NCBI RefSeq assembly: GCF_004010195.1
Contig: NC_057719.1
Location: forward strand, 75,135,960 to 75,199,959
Source: Chiloscyllium plagiosum
Lineage: Eukaryota
DNA length: 64,000 nt
Reading direction: 5' to 3'
Numbering within the stretch: position 1 is the first letter of the stretch; each line of letters starts with the position of its first letter. Below the pieces are notes generated by a model. That model did not search any database. It was given only the letters and a program-made list of their open reading frames with translations, and had not been told where the DNA came from. Made by a program: the position numbers and the translations under genes. Below, in pieces: positions 37,880 to 50,929 of the stretch.

Positions 37880-38700
37880 TACCAATTAGCTATATATTAT
37901 TTCACTGACATCATTTAATGAGAATTTTGCAAATCTCCTGAATATCACAGACCACACGCTACACTTAGAGTCTGCAACTGTCATATCTTCCATGTACTTG
38001 TAGTGTTTGAGGTTAGAAGAAAAGAAAGGATATTTAATAAGAATTAAGGAATGAACTCCCCTGAGGGAAAGCTTTCAGGTAGGCAGACACAGCATCTGTC
38101 ACACACAGTGCAGCCAGTAAGAGATCTGGCAATCCATTGCACTAGAATCTTATGTACTTCCATGTACTTGTAGTGTTTGAGGTTAGAAGAAAAGAAAGGA
38201 TATTTAAGAAGAATTAAGGAATGAACTCCCCTGAGGGAGTTAACTGAAAGCTTTCAGGTAGGCAGACACAGCATCTGTCACACACAGTGCAGCCAGTAAG
38301 CGATCTGGCAATCCATTGCACTAGAATCTTATGTACACCTAAATTTGTCAACTTCTTAACCACAACTGAACGTCCAACCCTGTCAACTGCCTTTGAAAAG
38401 TCCATGTTAATAATGTTTGAAGCTATTCCCAATTACCAGCATTTGCACAGTGAAGTGTCACAACATCAAGCAGGTTGTCAATCTTCCAGCCTGGCTATCA
38501 TGCTGATGGTACAAGTAGAGGATCAGTGACTGATAGTAGCCACTTAGTCATGAACGGCCCCACAATCAAGGGCGAATGATCTATCAAAGAGATGGGATGG
38601 AGATTTTCCAGTGTTGCTGGCTGTAGTTTTGATGTTGAGAAAACAATTGCTTGCTCATATTGAAGTAGAACTATTCCATCAGCAAAGGAAACCTTCAAGA
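37880..38700 (-). mobile_element. Old non-LTR retrotransposon RT fragment (clade uncertain)
   Basis: LHPISL (RPISL motif) and MDFSKAVDRV...KKLTNLGV...VQWIARSLTG. Confidence 0.7.
37987..38336. repeat. ~170-bp tandem duplication
   Basis: 37987-38156 and 38157-38336 are near-identical with a small indel. Confidence 0.9.
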
Positions 38701-38749
38701 CATCAGATAATAGGACACTAAGCTCCTAAATGAAGATTTGGATAAACTT

Positions 38750-38856
38750 GGCTTTTGCCCGAAACATCGATCTTCCTGCTCCTTGGATGCTGCCTTACCT
38801 GCTGTGCTTTTCCACCACCACTCTAACCTTGACTCTAATCTCCAGCATCTGCAGCA
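38750..38856 (+). mobile_element. Penelope-derived short repeat, 5'-truncated within the hammerhead
   Basis: ggcttttgcccgaaacatcga followed by the gatgctgcc body. Confidence 0.75.
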
Positions 38857-41645
38857 ACCACTTCTGCCTTGGCTAGGATGCAGACTGGCCAAACTGACCT
38901 TCCAGGTTTAACCCTCACCAGCTCTCCGAAGAATTTCTATGTTAGAATCACAGGAGGTTTACATGTTGGTAACAATATTGATAATTGGGAAATGTACAGT
39001 TATGCCATGAACAGCAATCCACAGCAACATATTAATAACAATGGCAATGGAGAGCAGCTGAGACTGATCTCCAGCAGCAATGACATTGATGTTAAAGTAC
39101 ATGGACACCAACAGTTGAATCTATCAGTGCTACAATGATGGATTATCCTCCTTCAGTTGTATACATGGTCATGATGGAAGTGAGTTTTTGTACTTTTGTT
39201 GGAAGTTTTTTAAGGTGTTCCTTTTATTGTGGGAGTCTCTGTTGTGGAAACTCATTTAAAAACAAGAACCTCAATTTTTTTTAAGAATCTTTAACAGAGT
39301 CAAATATCCAAAGGGCTGAAGGCACAGCCACCAATGGCAGAGTGATTAAAATTGGGCAGGTTCAAGAGGTCAGAATTGGTATGCCGAAATCTGTCCTGTA
39401 GCCTGAGGAGATTATAGAGATAGAGGTGGAGAGGGGGAGATAATACATAAAATTTCACTGAAATTGGTGCCACAGTTTCATCAATTCAACCCTTTGAATC
39501 ATTGAATTGCTCAATGCTATAATTCCTGTTCTCATTATCATTTTTGTTCCCAGTATTAACCATAGTTTCCATGAGTGGGATTTCATCCCCAATGATCAGA
39601 TGTTTGATGTTCCACCCTAGAAATTGTACTGTGTTGCACCTGTTGAACAGGATTAGAAATGGGTCTGATATGATAAGCAGTGCACTCAATCCATCTGGAG
39701 TAGTGTGCTTCTGGTGATATTTGTAAATACCCTCACACTGGGTTACTGTACATACCCTGGGAAACACATTCTCTTGAGATCAGCAAGCTGCCTCTGCTTG
39801 TTAACAAAGTTGACAAACCAATTTGTCACCGTTTCGCCGTTAGGAATAGCTCATGTTGCACTCTCATCACCAGTGTGTATGGTACATTGAAGTGCCATCA
39901 AGTTTACCATCGTTTCTTCAGTACTCAATTATCATTTTATCATCAAGGAGGAGATATCAGCTGGACAAGATGCCTTCCGTTCAGGACTGAACATGGTTAT
40001 AAAACAATTTATAGAAATGACAAAACATGAACAATTGTCAAAAGTAAATCCAGAACGAATGAAACAAACAAACCAGTTCAAAGTGATCTTTAGAAAATAT
40101 CCTTGCAGAGCTTGGAATGGCACAATATACAGTACTCAGAACGAAGTGTGTATACATTTGTCTATGAATTATACAGGTCTGCAGTCACGATGTCTTTCAC
40201 CACAGAAAGACATGACGAAACCAAGTAAGAATTATTAGTCACATAACTTTGAAAACCACAAATTCTGTTTGATCTCAAAACCTTTTGTTTTCAGCATTTC
40301 CAACCACCTCATTCACATTTTCACACATCAGCAAGGTAACAAGCTAGAGTGAGTCTAATGTTGTTGATCTTCAATTTAAGCAAGTAATTAGTGGGCAGTG
40401 TTCCAATGGGACAACTTTGCAATTAAAATATCAACACGTAACCACACTACTTCCAAAGGATCCTTGCCAATATTGTCTGTTTCAATAGGAGTAAACACAT
40501 ACCAATTATGCAATTTTCCAATCATTAATTTAATGGGGCAGAAAAACATAGGCTCTGGGTGTGGGATATCCCAATATGCATTGCAGTCATGAATGGTAGC
40601 ATTGGAACAAGTGACCTGGGTTCTTAGCTCTGAGGTTAATAATCTGGTTTTTAAGCTAGAATTCTAGCTTCCACTTGGAGTTGTTAACCTAAATCAGGAT
40701 TTACAAATAAATTTACATCACTGTGCCAATCCCCATTTTTCACTCCTTATGCATGGTCTTCCCTGCCGTGGAGATGGAGAGAAGGGGTAAATACTGAGGT
40801 GAGTTAACCCTGAAGGGAAACTCATCCCATTCTTACCACCTCACTGAGTTCTGGGTGAGAAGATCCCTGGGTGACTTTCTCAAACTGCAACCTAGAAAGC
40901 TCTGAAGCAGACAGGGATCCAATGGCACCTCCCCAGACACCTCCCTGCTGGTGGGTGTGAAATGTGGCTCGTCTCCCAACTGGGAAACCAGGACAGCTAA
41001 TCAACTGGGGTGGAGCCTCCAATGGATCTAATCTGGGGCAATCAGAGTCAAGGGGTTGGCCTTTGAAAGTGACCTGCTGCCCTTGCCTCTGATGCCCCTC
41101 TCCCCAAGAACCCCACCCTATGAGAAGAAGATAAAGTACACACTTTCTTACCCCTGGATCTTCCCTCCCCATGCAGGAGGTCTCAACTGGCAGACCTTAG
41201 GACCCAGGTGCTGATTATCCAGCTGCTTATGGCAATCCCAGAAATCAGTGGGATTGGCCAAGGAACTTGTCCTTGCTTACCTGTCAACCCTTAATATGGG
41301 CTTAAGTTTTTAGTATGGCTGCGGCCGTTTTATTCAGCCACAGTAGGTGAGACCAAATTTCATTCACTCTACTAACACTCCAGTGAAGTAGAGGACATCC
41401 AGTGAGAACTTGCAAGAACAAAGCAAGCCCAGAACACTATAATGGCAGACACCTGCAGCTTTTGTTGTCTGATCCCTTGAATGTCTCACAGACTGCACTG
41501 GGTCCGTACAGAACTTCCTCAGAGCAGTGGTTAATTCACACGGAATAAGCAGGTGTCACTTTGGTTGGAATTTCTTTGCGAAATGGAGTAACAGGAGCAG
41601 AAGCTGATTTTTGATCCAACCAGAATTTGCTACCATCCTTGCAGC

Positions 41646-41807
41646 CGAGAGTGTGGTGCTGGAAAAGCACAGCAGATCAGGCAGCATCCGAGGAGCAGGA
41701 GAATTTACGTTTCCTGCTCCTCGGATGCTGCCTGACCGGCTGTGCTTTTCCAGCACCACACTCTCGACTCTGAACTCCAGCATCTGCAGTCCTCACTTTC
41801 TCCTAGC
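41646..41807. repeat. Fold-back pair of Penelope-derived repeats: 55-bp inverted repeat with an 11-nt loop
   Basis: 41646-41700 pairs with 41712-41766, with two mismatches. Confidence 0.9.
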
Positions 41808-41929
41808 TTCCTTACAGGGCCGAATCCAGGTGAGTCCAATTTTCTCCCCTTCTCCTGCAGTAAAACCAAACAGACACACAGTGTAGGAATGTAGCATTTA
41901 AATGTTTGATATTTAACAGTGCTGTAAAA

Positions 41930-42100
41930 CACCAAAAGAACTGCAGAATGCTGTAAATCAGGCACAAGAACAGAAGTTGCTTGAAAAGCTCAGCAGGTCT
42001 GGCAGCATCTGTGAAGTTAGAGTTCACGTTTCGTGTCTCTTCCTCAGTCCTGATGCTGCCAGACCTGCTGAGCTTTGCCAGCAACATTGGTTTTTGTTTG
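41930..42100. mobile_element. Inverted Penelope-derived repeat pair with a partly deleted hammerhead
   Basis: aaagctcagcaggtctggcagcatc pairs with gatgctgccagacctgctgagcttt. Minus strand reads CTGAGGA-AGAGACAC-GAAACGTG. Confidence 0.7.
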
Positions 42101-42439
42101 TAATATACTCTGTACCTTGGTGGTACTGAGGACAACTGAAGCCGTTGGTCATACTGGAGAATTTTGTTTGGATTAAATGACACATGGGGGCATTTGTGGG
42201 AATGAAAACTACATCATGCTTGTAATATTGAGGGTATGCACAGATTCATAACACACACAGCCTTTTCCTGCTGGTTCTGGGAGAGGTGAGAATCATAAGA
42301 TTACAACACAGACCTGGGTCTCTCTTGTGTTGCCAGTTTTCTTTGCAGTAATTAGTAAAGCATTGTGTTGAGGATATCATTTTTACCTTATGTCTTTATT
42401 CATACATGACATCTCAATGTTTAGTTTGTTCTTTTTTTT

Positions 42440-42960
42440 GCAAACAATTATTTGTCTGGACTCGGTTGGGCTCTCTATCAATTGTATTATGTTATGGCCA
42501 CTATTGCCTGAATATTCCCTTAATTTTATTTCTCTCATTTGATCCAATTGAAGACCCATTAATGTATTCAACTATGGATCTTTTATTCTTGGGCTTCTAC
42601 ACACAGTAATGATTCCTGTGTGCAATACTTCAACTCCATTCCCTTATCCCAGTTACCCACCTCTTTCAACCAATTCACATTGGGAGAGTTGAAATTCCTC
42701 CTATTTATTATTCTATTTTTCTTAACTCATTTCTCTAATTTGTCTGCATGTCTTCCTCCATCTCCCTTTCACTATCAGGTTGTTTTTGTTGACTCCCCCA
42801 TTGGTGTGTTTGATCTTCTAACACCCTTTGTCTCTCCCAGTATGGATTCCATTTCTATCTCACTCATGGTTGCCTCTCTTTTCTCTGATGTCATCATGTT
42901 GCCTACAATAGTAATAACAATGCTGTCTCCATTTGTCCCACTGTATCTTTTCTAGATATA
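42440..42960 (-). mobile_element. Old CR1 ORF2 endonuclease-domain fragment
   Basis: Decayed NFNSPNVNW (GDFN.P.I.W) and REYSGNSGHNII (GEHLGNSDHN). Confidence 0.6.
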
Positions 42961-43650
42961 TTACACTCTGCAAGGTTCACTTCCAAGTAATTGTTCTATT
43001 GCCAAGTCTCAACAATTCCTACTTCACCCAATTCCTTCACAATTGAACACTGTCTCTTGTTGTCGTTCTGTCTTATCATTGACACCATGTCTCAAGCGTT
43101 CTTCTAATGGTTTTGCTCCAGTTCTGAATTTTCTGAATTTGGGCAGGTCAGGTAGAGCTGAACATACACAGCAAAGCCAGACTGTGAATGTTAGAGAAGA
43201 ATACACATTGCAATGAGACAAACAGAAGTAGCCATTAAAGCATTTTAACTTTAAAGCCTCATTTCTGAAGTGTTGGAGAGGATAGTGATGTAATCTTCTC
43301 AGGATTGGCTGTTTGAAGTTGTATGTGAGTCTGAGAAGCTTGCAGGAACTGTAGGGATTAATTATTTTGTATTAATCTCAAAACCAGCTGCACATTTGAA
43401 GTCTGAGTGAAAAATTAGACTGACTGACCACAGTGTGCTGCAAATGTGACTACGAGAAATAAATTAATGTTAAATAACTACACTGTTCCGTGTAACGTTT
43501 ATAACATCCATCATCTCGAGTAAACCTAATGCTACAATTAAACTGTTCCTGATCGGTGGGCCTCACAACTTACCATTTATCCCAATAGGTTATTATTAAT
43601 ATTTATTGTTGAGTCACTTTTACTGCTGAGTACTGTTTATTTATTATTTG

Positions 43651-43860
43651 AGGGTGGCGTGGTGGCTCAGTGGTTAGCACTGCTGCCTCATAGCATCAGG
43701 GACCCCGGTTCGATTCCACCCTTGGGTGAGTATTCGTGTGGAGTGTGCACATTCTCCCTATGTCTGCGTGGGTTTCCTCATACAGTCCAGACATGTGTAG
43801 GTTAGATGGATTGGCTACGCTAAATTATCCAGCAATGTGCAGTCTAGGTGGGTAAACCAT
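43651..43860 (+). mobile_element. HE1-type V-SINE, 3'-truncated
   Basis: A box tggctcagtgg, B box ggttcgattcc and V-domain. Confidence 0.85.
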
Positions 43861-44149
43861 ACAGAATAATACCAACAATGTGGGTTCAATTCCTACTTTG
43901 GCTCAGGTTACCATGAAGGACTATCCTTCCCATCCTGACCCCTCAACTGAGGTGTGGTGATCCTTAGGTTATGCCCCCACCTACGGGTCTGTCTCTAATG
44001 ATGGTGTTATGGCAACTTGTCCCTTTATTAACTGAGTTTTTAATAATTGTAACACAAAGGACAAATGCTACAGCTGCTGGAAAGCTACAAGGATACAGGA
44101 AATCCTGAAAATGAGCAACAGGCCAGGCAGCATCTGTGGAGACAAAGAA

Positions 44150-44190
44150 GCAACTTAATGTTTCAGGTCTGTGATCTTTCATCAGAACTC
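44150..44190 (-). ncRNA. Hammerhead motif in a Penelope-derived repeat (~44060-44190)
   Basis: Minus strand reads GAGTT-CTGATGA-A-AGATC-ACA-GACCT-GAAAC-ATT; both core boxes are intact. Confidence 0.65.
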
Positions 44191-46314
44191 AGACCTTAAT
44201 TGTATCTATTGTATTAACTGGGGTTTCAATTGTGCTCACATATGAGAAGAAACAGAAACTGCGTTTGATGGGATTGGAGGTGGCTGTTTGTTATGTTTTA
44301 ATTTATAAAGATTGTAAAGAACGTGACTGTGTTCCAACATATTTAACAATGAAGTTTAAAGATCAGAATTTTATAAGCTTAGGAAGAACACTTAATACGA
44401 CAAAATATTCAATGCCAGAGGTTAACAAAGCTCAAGATTTGATGCCCAAGTGGAAACTTCCAGTCCTGGAGGTCGCTGGTCTGGATGTGAATTGATTGAG
44501 TTTGCTTTATTGTCGCATGTACTCAAATGTGTACCATGAAAAGTTTACAAGTTGCCACATTATGGTGCTATCTTAGGTACAAAGGTGCCTAGGTACAGAC
44601 TCTTAAGAACAAATTCAGAGGGAAAAAAACTAGAAAAGTAATGAAATAAAAAGTCGAGAGGCAACTCAATTGGATGAGGTGGAGACATACCAGAATCTCA
44701 GCACCTTCTCACCTCCACCAGAATTAAATCTGTGTGATCAATTAACGATCACTTAAGGATCACTTCAGAACCTATTCTTTCCTGGTCTGCAATTAGCTCA
44801 GCTCTCAGTAGGAGTGGTAAGAGGCAGGCAAACTGTCTGTATGGGTGCTGTGCTGATTGTGAGGGGGGATCCCTCAGTTGGCACTAACTTGTGCACAACT
44901 GATAGCATGGGCATAAGGCAATGGGGCAGCCATTATGAGCCACACCCACTTCTCTTGATTCAGAAACTCCTGCCTCTGCCTCTCTGTGACCTCAAGCCCC
45001 AGATCCCCCCACGCCCCATCCCTGCAAAGGTGCCGTAGCTTTTGCCATATCACTGCTGAGCATGTGTCCCCTCTGATTGGCTGCCTGCCTTGCTGGATGA
45101 GGGCTGGAATTGAGAGGAAGGCCTGGCCCCTCTGAATGGCTGGATGGGCAGGAACTGGGCAGAGCTTCCTCCAAAGAATTAGTGCAGGTGCCTCGCCAGC
45201 TTTGGAGCAAGTGAATGAGACACCCAGCACAAACAGAAAATCCTCTGCCAGGTCTCATTTCACTTGGGCAGACGAAAATACAACACACTTGAGTGTTTGG
45301 ATATTTCCGACACTGTTGCAATATTTGCACTTTATACTCATTCCCCTTTGCTAAGTCAAACACTTCAATTCCGCATAAGTTGTACTGATTCTGTTCAACA
45401 CTTACAACCTGGTTGTTCTAAAATGTGCACACCATTCTTACATCTCTGAGAGCTAGTTTCATTATTTGTTAGGTTTGAGTATGATGATTGGAATTTTTAT
45501 TTATCAACTTTAACACTTGTTCTGTATAATTAAATTAATGAAGTTAATTTGAATGTTAACATCAGAATTAAGATCAGGTAGATCCAAGGCTATTGTGGTC
45601 AAGATAATTTCAGTTTGACTGTCAGTTCTGTGCTGATTTGACTTGACCAACCACCAAACACTATGTTTGTGAGGCTACAATGTAGAATAATCAGCAATGG
45701 AAATGATATTGGCTTTCTATCCAGGGAATGTGCGTGGATGTTGATTGTAGCTAGGATTGTGCTGGGCTCCATTGTTTTCTGAGGTCTCAGCTCAGGCTCA
45801 GTTGGTAGCACACTTGCCTCTGAGGTTCTTGGACTTACTCCAGGGACTGGCCTCTGCTGAGTGACCTTCCAATGGGTGTGGAATGAAGGCAGGTGAAATA
45901 GGGCCAAAGCCCAGTGTACCATCTTACCACCAGCAGCAAGCTCACCATTATTGGGGAGCAGGGTCTCAACATTGTTAACAAGTTTCATGACAAGATATGC
46001 ATTGTCCATGCCATGATCCACTTGGCGTTCTTAGGGACTTTTGCACCTAAGACGACATCTTAATTGGCAACTTGCACACTTTTCATTGTATTCATTTGAG
46101 TACATGTGACAACAATGCTAATTCTAATTCTAATGAATGGCAATGGTTGTCAAAATTTGAAAATAAGTGTAATATTCTGAGGCAGGGGAGTAGAGAATCT
46201 TCCTGCAATGTCCTGGCCAGGGTCTATCCCTCAATCAACAAAACAAAAGATAACAGATTATCTACCCATTTGTGAGAGCTTGCAAAGTACAAATTATCTG
46301 TGTTACCAAATTCT

Positions 46315-47215
46315 GAATAAATGCCATCTCCAAGTTTGCTGATGAGGCCAATATGGTAGGAGGATATCAAACAACAATGAGTCAGAATACAGGAAGGGGA
46401 TCGAGGGCTAGGTGTGGTGGTGTAATGAGAACAACCTCTTTCTCAATGTTGGCAAAACTAAAGAACTGATCATTGACTACAGAAAGAAAGGAGAAGAACA
46501 CGCCCCCATCTACATTAGTGGAGCGGAGTTTGAGAGAGTGAGAGCGTCAAGTTCCTAGCAGTGACAATAACCAATAATCTGTCCTGGACCTCCCATGTAG
46601 ATGCGACAGTCAAGAAGGCACACCAATGCCTCTTCTTCCTCAGGAGGCTAAGGAAATTCAACATGCCCATAAGGTCCCTCACCAACGTTTACAGATGCAC
46701 CATAGAAAGCATACTGTCTGAGTACCTAACAGCCTAGTAAGGCAACTACTCTGCCCAGGACTTTAAGAAACTACAAAAGGCAGTGTGCACAGCCCGGACC
46801 ATCACGGAAGCCAATCTTCCATCTTTAGACTCCATTTGGTATAGTTCGTTGATGCGGAAAGGCTGCCAACATCATGAAAGACCCGTCGCATCCCGGGTAA
46901 TGCTCTCCTCCAACTTCTTCTGTCAGGCAGGAGATACAGAAGCTTGAACACATGTACCAGCAGGTGCAGGAACTGCATCTTCCCTGCCGTTATTAGACTG
47001 ATGAATGGACTCTTTAACTTCAGATAATGCTGACCTTGTTCATTTTGATCTTGCCTAGTGCACGTCCTGTGCAGTGTAACTTGGATGCCTTACTCTGTCC
47101 AAGTTTCTTTTCGCCCTATGGCTTGCACATCGTTGTTTACTATGATCTGCCTGAACTGCTTGCGTACAAGGCTTTTCACTGTACTTAGGCACATGTGACA
47201 ATAAATCAAATCAAT
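46315..47215 (+). mobile_element. Rex1/Babar-type LINE 3' fragment, inserted into an older DeuSINE (46200-46310 and 47220-47340)
   Basis: KFADE, WCNENNLFLNVGKTKELIIDYRK, NLSWTSHVDATVKKAHQCLFFLRRLRKF, YRCTIESILS; tail aataaatcaaatcaatc. Confidence 0.85.
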
Positions 47216-47344
47216 CCATTGATCAATTTTCTGTGTTTCCTACAATACAACACTTCACAAAAAATCTTCATTAACTAAAAAAAAATGATTTAAGACATAT
47301 AGTGGTTATAAAAATGCTTTATAAATGTAAGTCGTTCTTTAAGC

Positions 47345-48078
47345 ATAGGATAGTTATGGAATATATTCCCTTGGAGTTCCTTACGAAAATGGTGCACCAA
47401 AAAACAGAATTATTTTATACAACATGGCGGCCCTTTTGAACTGCATTGGTGCAGACATATCAGCCATACTGTTTAGGGCCTTTGTTTAGCCGTGAGGATG
47501 ATGGTTGTTGGTTCAGGGGCCCCTGGGAGGAAGAATCCCCTATAAATATGGTGTTGTTATGACTTGATATAATTTATTTTGAATGCGTATTTATTTATTT
47601 ATTTATCTTCTGTTTTTTTTCCTTGTTTGTTGTTAGCAATGCACAATACTGTGGGTCTTTTTTTATATCGACAGTTGTCTTTCTTATACCTTATTTTGTG
47701 TTGTGGTAGTGTGTAGAGTAGATTAGTAGTTAGTTTTCTTAATTTTATATTGGTGCCGTTATTATACTGTAAAGTGGGTACACTATTTTCTATTCATTTT
47801 GTAATTTTGTAAAAAAAACCTCAAAATCTTTTTCTTTTCAATAAACATATTATCAATGCACAATACTGTGGGTCTTTTTTTATATCGACAGTCGTCTTTC
47901 TTATACCTTATTTTGTGTTGTGGTAGTGTGTAGAGTAGATTAATAGTTAGTTTTCTTAATTTTATATTGGTGCCGTTATTATACTGTAAAGTGGGTACAC
48001 TATTTTCTATTCATTTTGTAATTTTGTAAAAAAAACCTCAAAATCTTTTTCTTTTCAATAAACATATTTACAAAAAAA
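47345..48078 (+). mobile_element. L1 3' fragment (ORF2 end plus 3' UTR) with duplicated terminal segment
   Basis: 47345-47495 is homologous to the reverse complement of 57690-57830. T-rich UTR, AATAAA and a short A tail. Confidence 0.8.
47637..48068 (+). repeat. 217-bp tandem duplication of the L1 3' UTR including the poly(A) signal
   Basis: Copies start at 47637 and 47854; only about two substitutions were seen. Confidence 0.92.
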
Positions 48079-48859
48079 TGCCTGGTTGTCACTAGACCAG
48101 TGCATGAATATTTACCATGAAGGGAAAATCCAGGGTTTGTGAGCAGATAATTTGTACCCCAACATGAGGAGAACAAACTTGAGGTAGAAAAACCAAAATA
48201 AGCATTTACAATTTTTTCTCTAACTTTGGAAAATCAGTTCCAGTTTGGTGGTGTCACTTGTTTTTAGCTGCGGTTTGGAGAGACAAAATTGACACCAAAT
48301 TATGAGTTGATAGGCAATCTTAAATAAATATCTTAGCATCTTTAATCAGACAACTATGGTGTTAGTTGCAGCTGATGAGAAATGGAGGGAAGCCACATGG
48401 GTTTTAAGACCGAGCAGCAAGTCAACAAACTCTTCTATCGAGAACTGATGGAGTCAAAAGTGCAAGGTCCTAGACTTAACTATACTTCAGGGAGGATTTT
48501 GACATGTCTGACAAGGGTGAAAAGTGGAAAAATGTACCATTTCCCAGTGCAGTCAACCTTTGCCCTGACAAACACATTAGAAGAAAAAGTGAAGTTGTGA
48601 GAGAAAGTTTGGACAAAGGAGAATCCTATTTAAAATGTCACAAGCAGATGTATCAGAAGAAGGTGTTTCCATTCACATGGGAATTCGGATAAGTCAGTGC
48701 TTTGGGTTTTTTGTAAAATCACCAAGCAACCATGGAATGGTGTGATGTGAAAAGAAGGGTACAAGCACAAACAGTCCTCCTCTGGAAGAATGCGAAGCAG
48801 ATATCAAGGTATGAGGGAAGAGGAAGTCAGACACATTCTACTTCCTACGCTTTTACTCT

Positions 48860-49835
48860 TACCCACTGCCTCTCACTCCCAGTGCCAAGATAGGATTCCT
48901 CTTGTCCTTACCTTTCATTCCACCAGCCTTCCTACTCAATGGGCCATCCTCTTCCATTTTTGCCAGTCCAATGTGATACCACCAACAAACTCATCTGCCT
49001 GCTCCACATTCCCTCCGACATACACATTCCAAACAGACCTTTCCCTCTGCGACACCCTGGACATCTCTTCAGTTCTCACATCATCGCCTTCCCTCCCACA
49101 TCTTCCAATGCTGGAGCAGGGGATGCCAACACCAGCCTTTTTGACAACCTTCTCCCCATTCAAATTGTCAAGCACGTCTGGGTGAAACAATGATTTACTT
49201 TTACTACCCTCAGTTGACTGGGATTTACTTTTACTTCCCTCAGTTGATGATGTGGTGGGCTCCACACTGGGGAATCCAAATGCAGAGTGAGTGCCATTCA
49301 CTTCCAAAATTGACACTGAGCTTCCTGTTGCTTGTACTTCCAATGCTCCACACTGCTCCCTCTGTGACCTTCCTGTGCATGGTGTGCTGAAGTCCATTGC
49401 AAACTCAGAAAACATCATCACAACTTGGAAATCTACAACCTCCTGGACTCAACATTGAGTTGAACAATGTTGGATGATTTACCCATTTTTTATTGTGTCT
49501 TTTTGGTTATTATAATTTTAACTTGTTTCCTTATTTTTTTTATGTTCCATTTGCCAGTTGCTTCCCACTTATTTTAGACTTAGCTTTCATCATTAGCTGC
49601 GCCCATTCCCACATCCTTCAGCTTTTGTACTACAAAGCCTACAATCATTTCATTTCACCTGACCTACCGCAAATGGTTCCTCATCTCCTCCATCCATTCC
49701 CTTGCCACTTAAAATCTATTACATTTCTAACTCTACCCAGTTCCAATGGAAAATCACAAATCCTGAAGACCAATTCTGTTAATCTCTCCATAGATACAGC
49801 CTGTCTCGCTCAGCATCAGTAGCATTTTCTGCTTT
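48860..49835 (+). mobile_element. Old Penelope-like 3' fragment
   Basis: DRIPLVLTFHSTS and a decayed LQPPGLNIE C-terminus (~49433-49460); pyrimidine-rich UTR; degenerate terminal repeat at ~49740-49835. Confidence 0.65.
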
Positions 49836-49944
49836 TATTGATGAAAGGAATTCCAGACTTATATTTCCCTTTCTAAATTTCTTTGACAGACATTTCATTG
49901 AGTCTGGGTGGTATTCTGCCTGAGGTAGGAGGAGCAGTTGATGA

Positions 49945-50324
49945 TCCTGGGTCTGTACTTGATGGAGTTCAAAAGGATGAGGGGGGGATCTGATTGAAAC
50001 ACTATGAGTCCTGGATAGAACGGAAGTGGAGAAGGTGTTTCTACTGGAAGGAGAGGCTAGGCCTGAGGGCACAGCCTTAGAGTGAAGGAACAACACTTTA
50101 GAACGGAGGTGAGGAGAGGTTTCTTCAGCCAGAGGCTGGTAAATCTGTGGAACTCATTGTCGCAGAAAGCTGCGGAGGCCAAGTCATTGAGTACATTTAA
50201 GACAGAGATAGATTGGTTCTTGATTAGTGAGGGGATCAAGGGTTATGGGGAAAAGGAAGGAGAATGGGATTGAGAGACATATCAGCCATGATCAAATGGT
50301 GGAGCAAACACAAAGGGCTGAATG
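49945..50324 (+). mobile_element. CR1 LINE 3' fragment
   Basis: FRTEVRRGFFSQRLVNLWNSLSQKAAEAKSLSTFKTEIDWFL. Confidence 0.88.
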
Positions 50325-50812
50325 GAGAAAGTGAGGACTGCGAATGCTGGAGGTCAGAGTCAAGAGTGTGGTGCTGGAAAAGCACAGCAGGTCAGGTAGC
50401 ATCCGAGGAGCAGGACAATCAATGTTTTGGGCATAAACTCTTCATCAGGAATGATTCTTGTGGGTCAAGGGCGCTGAGAGATAAATGGGAGGGTGTGGGG
50501 CTGGGGGGAGGGTAGATGAGAATGCAATAGGTAGATGAAGTTGAGGGGTGAAGGTGATAGATTGGAAAGGGGTTGGAGCGTATAGCTTGGAAGGAAGTTG
50601 GACAGGTAGGACAGTTCAAGAGGGCAGTGTTGAATTGGAAGGTTGGATCTAGGATAAAAGGTGAGGGGAGGGGAAATGAGGAAATTGGTAAAATCCACAT
50701 TGATCCCATGTGATTGGAGGGTCCTAAGGCAGAAGATGAGGTGTCTTTCTCCAGGCGTCAAGTGGTAAGGGTTTGGCGATGCAGGAGGCCCAGGACCTGC
50801 ATGTCCATAAGG
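50325..50812 (-). mobile_element. Penelope-like 3' end: GIY-YIG C-terminus, UTR and hammerhead-bearing terminal repeat
   Basis: ERHLIFCLRTLQSHGINVDF; minus strand CTGATGA-A-GAGTTTATGCCC-AAAACATT at ~50420-50448, followed by the short-repeat body. Confidence 0.85.
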
Positions 50813-50929
50813 GAGTGGGCCTAGTCCCTAATTCAGGCCTCGTGGGACACTTTTGCTGAGTCTGCAAATGGACTGGGCTGTTTTCATGACTCTGTATTTC
50901 TTGCGGTATGGATTTGCAGTCTGGGCGTT

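Noticed and set aside
41646..41766. Long hairpin as a possible pre-miRNA or MITE
   Set aside because: Both arms are copies of the abundant Penelope-derived repeat; there is no DNA-transposon TIR/TSD signature and no miRNA evidence from sequence alone.
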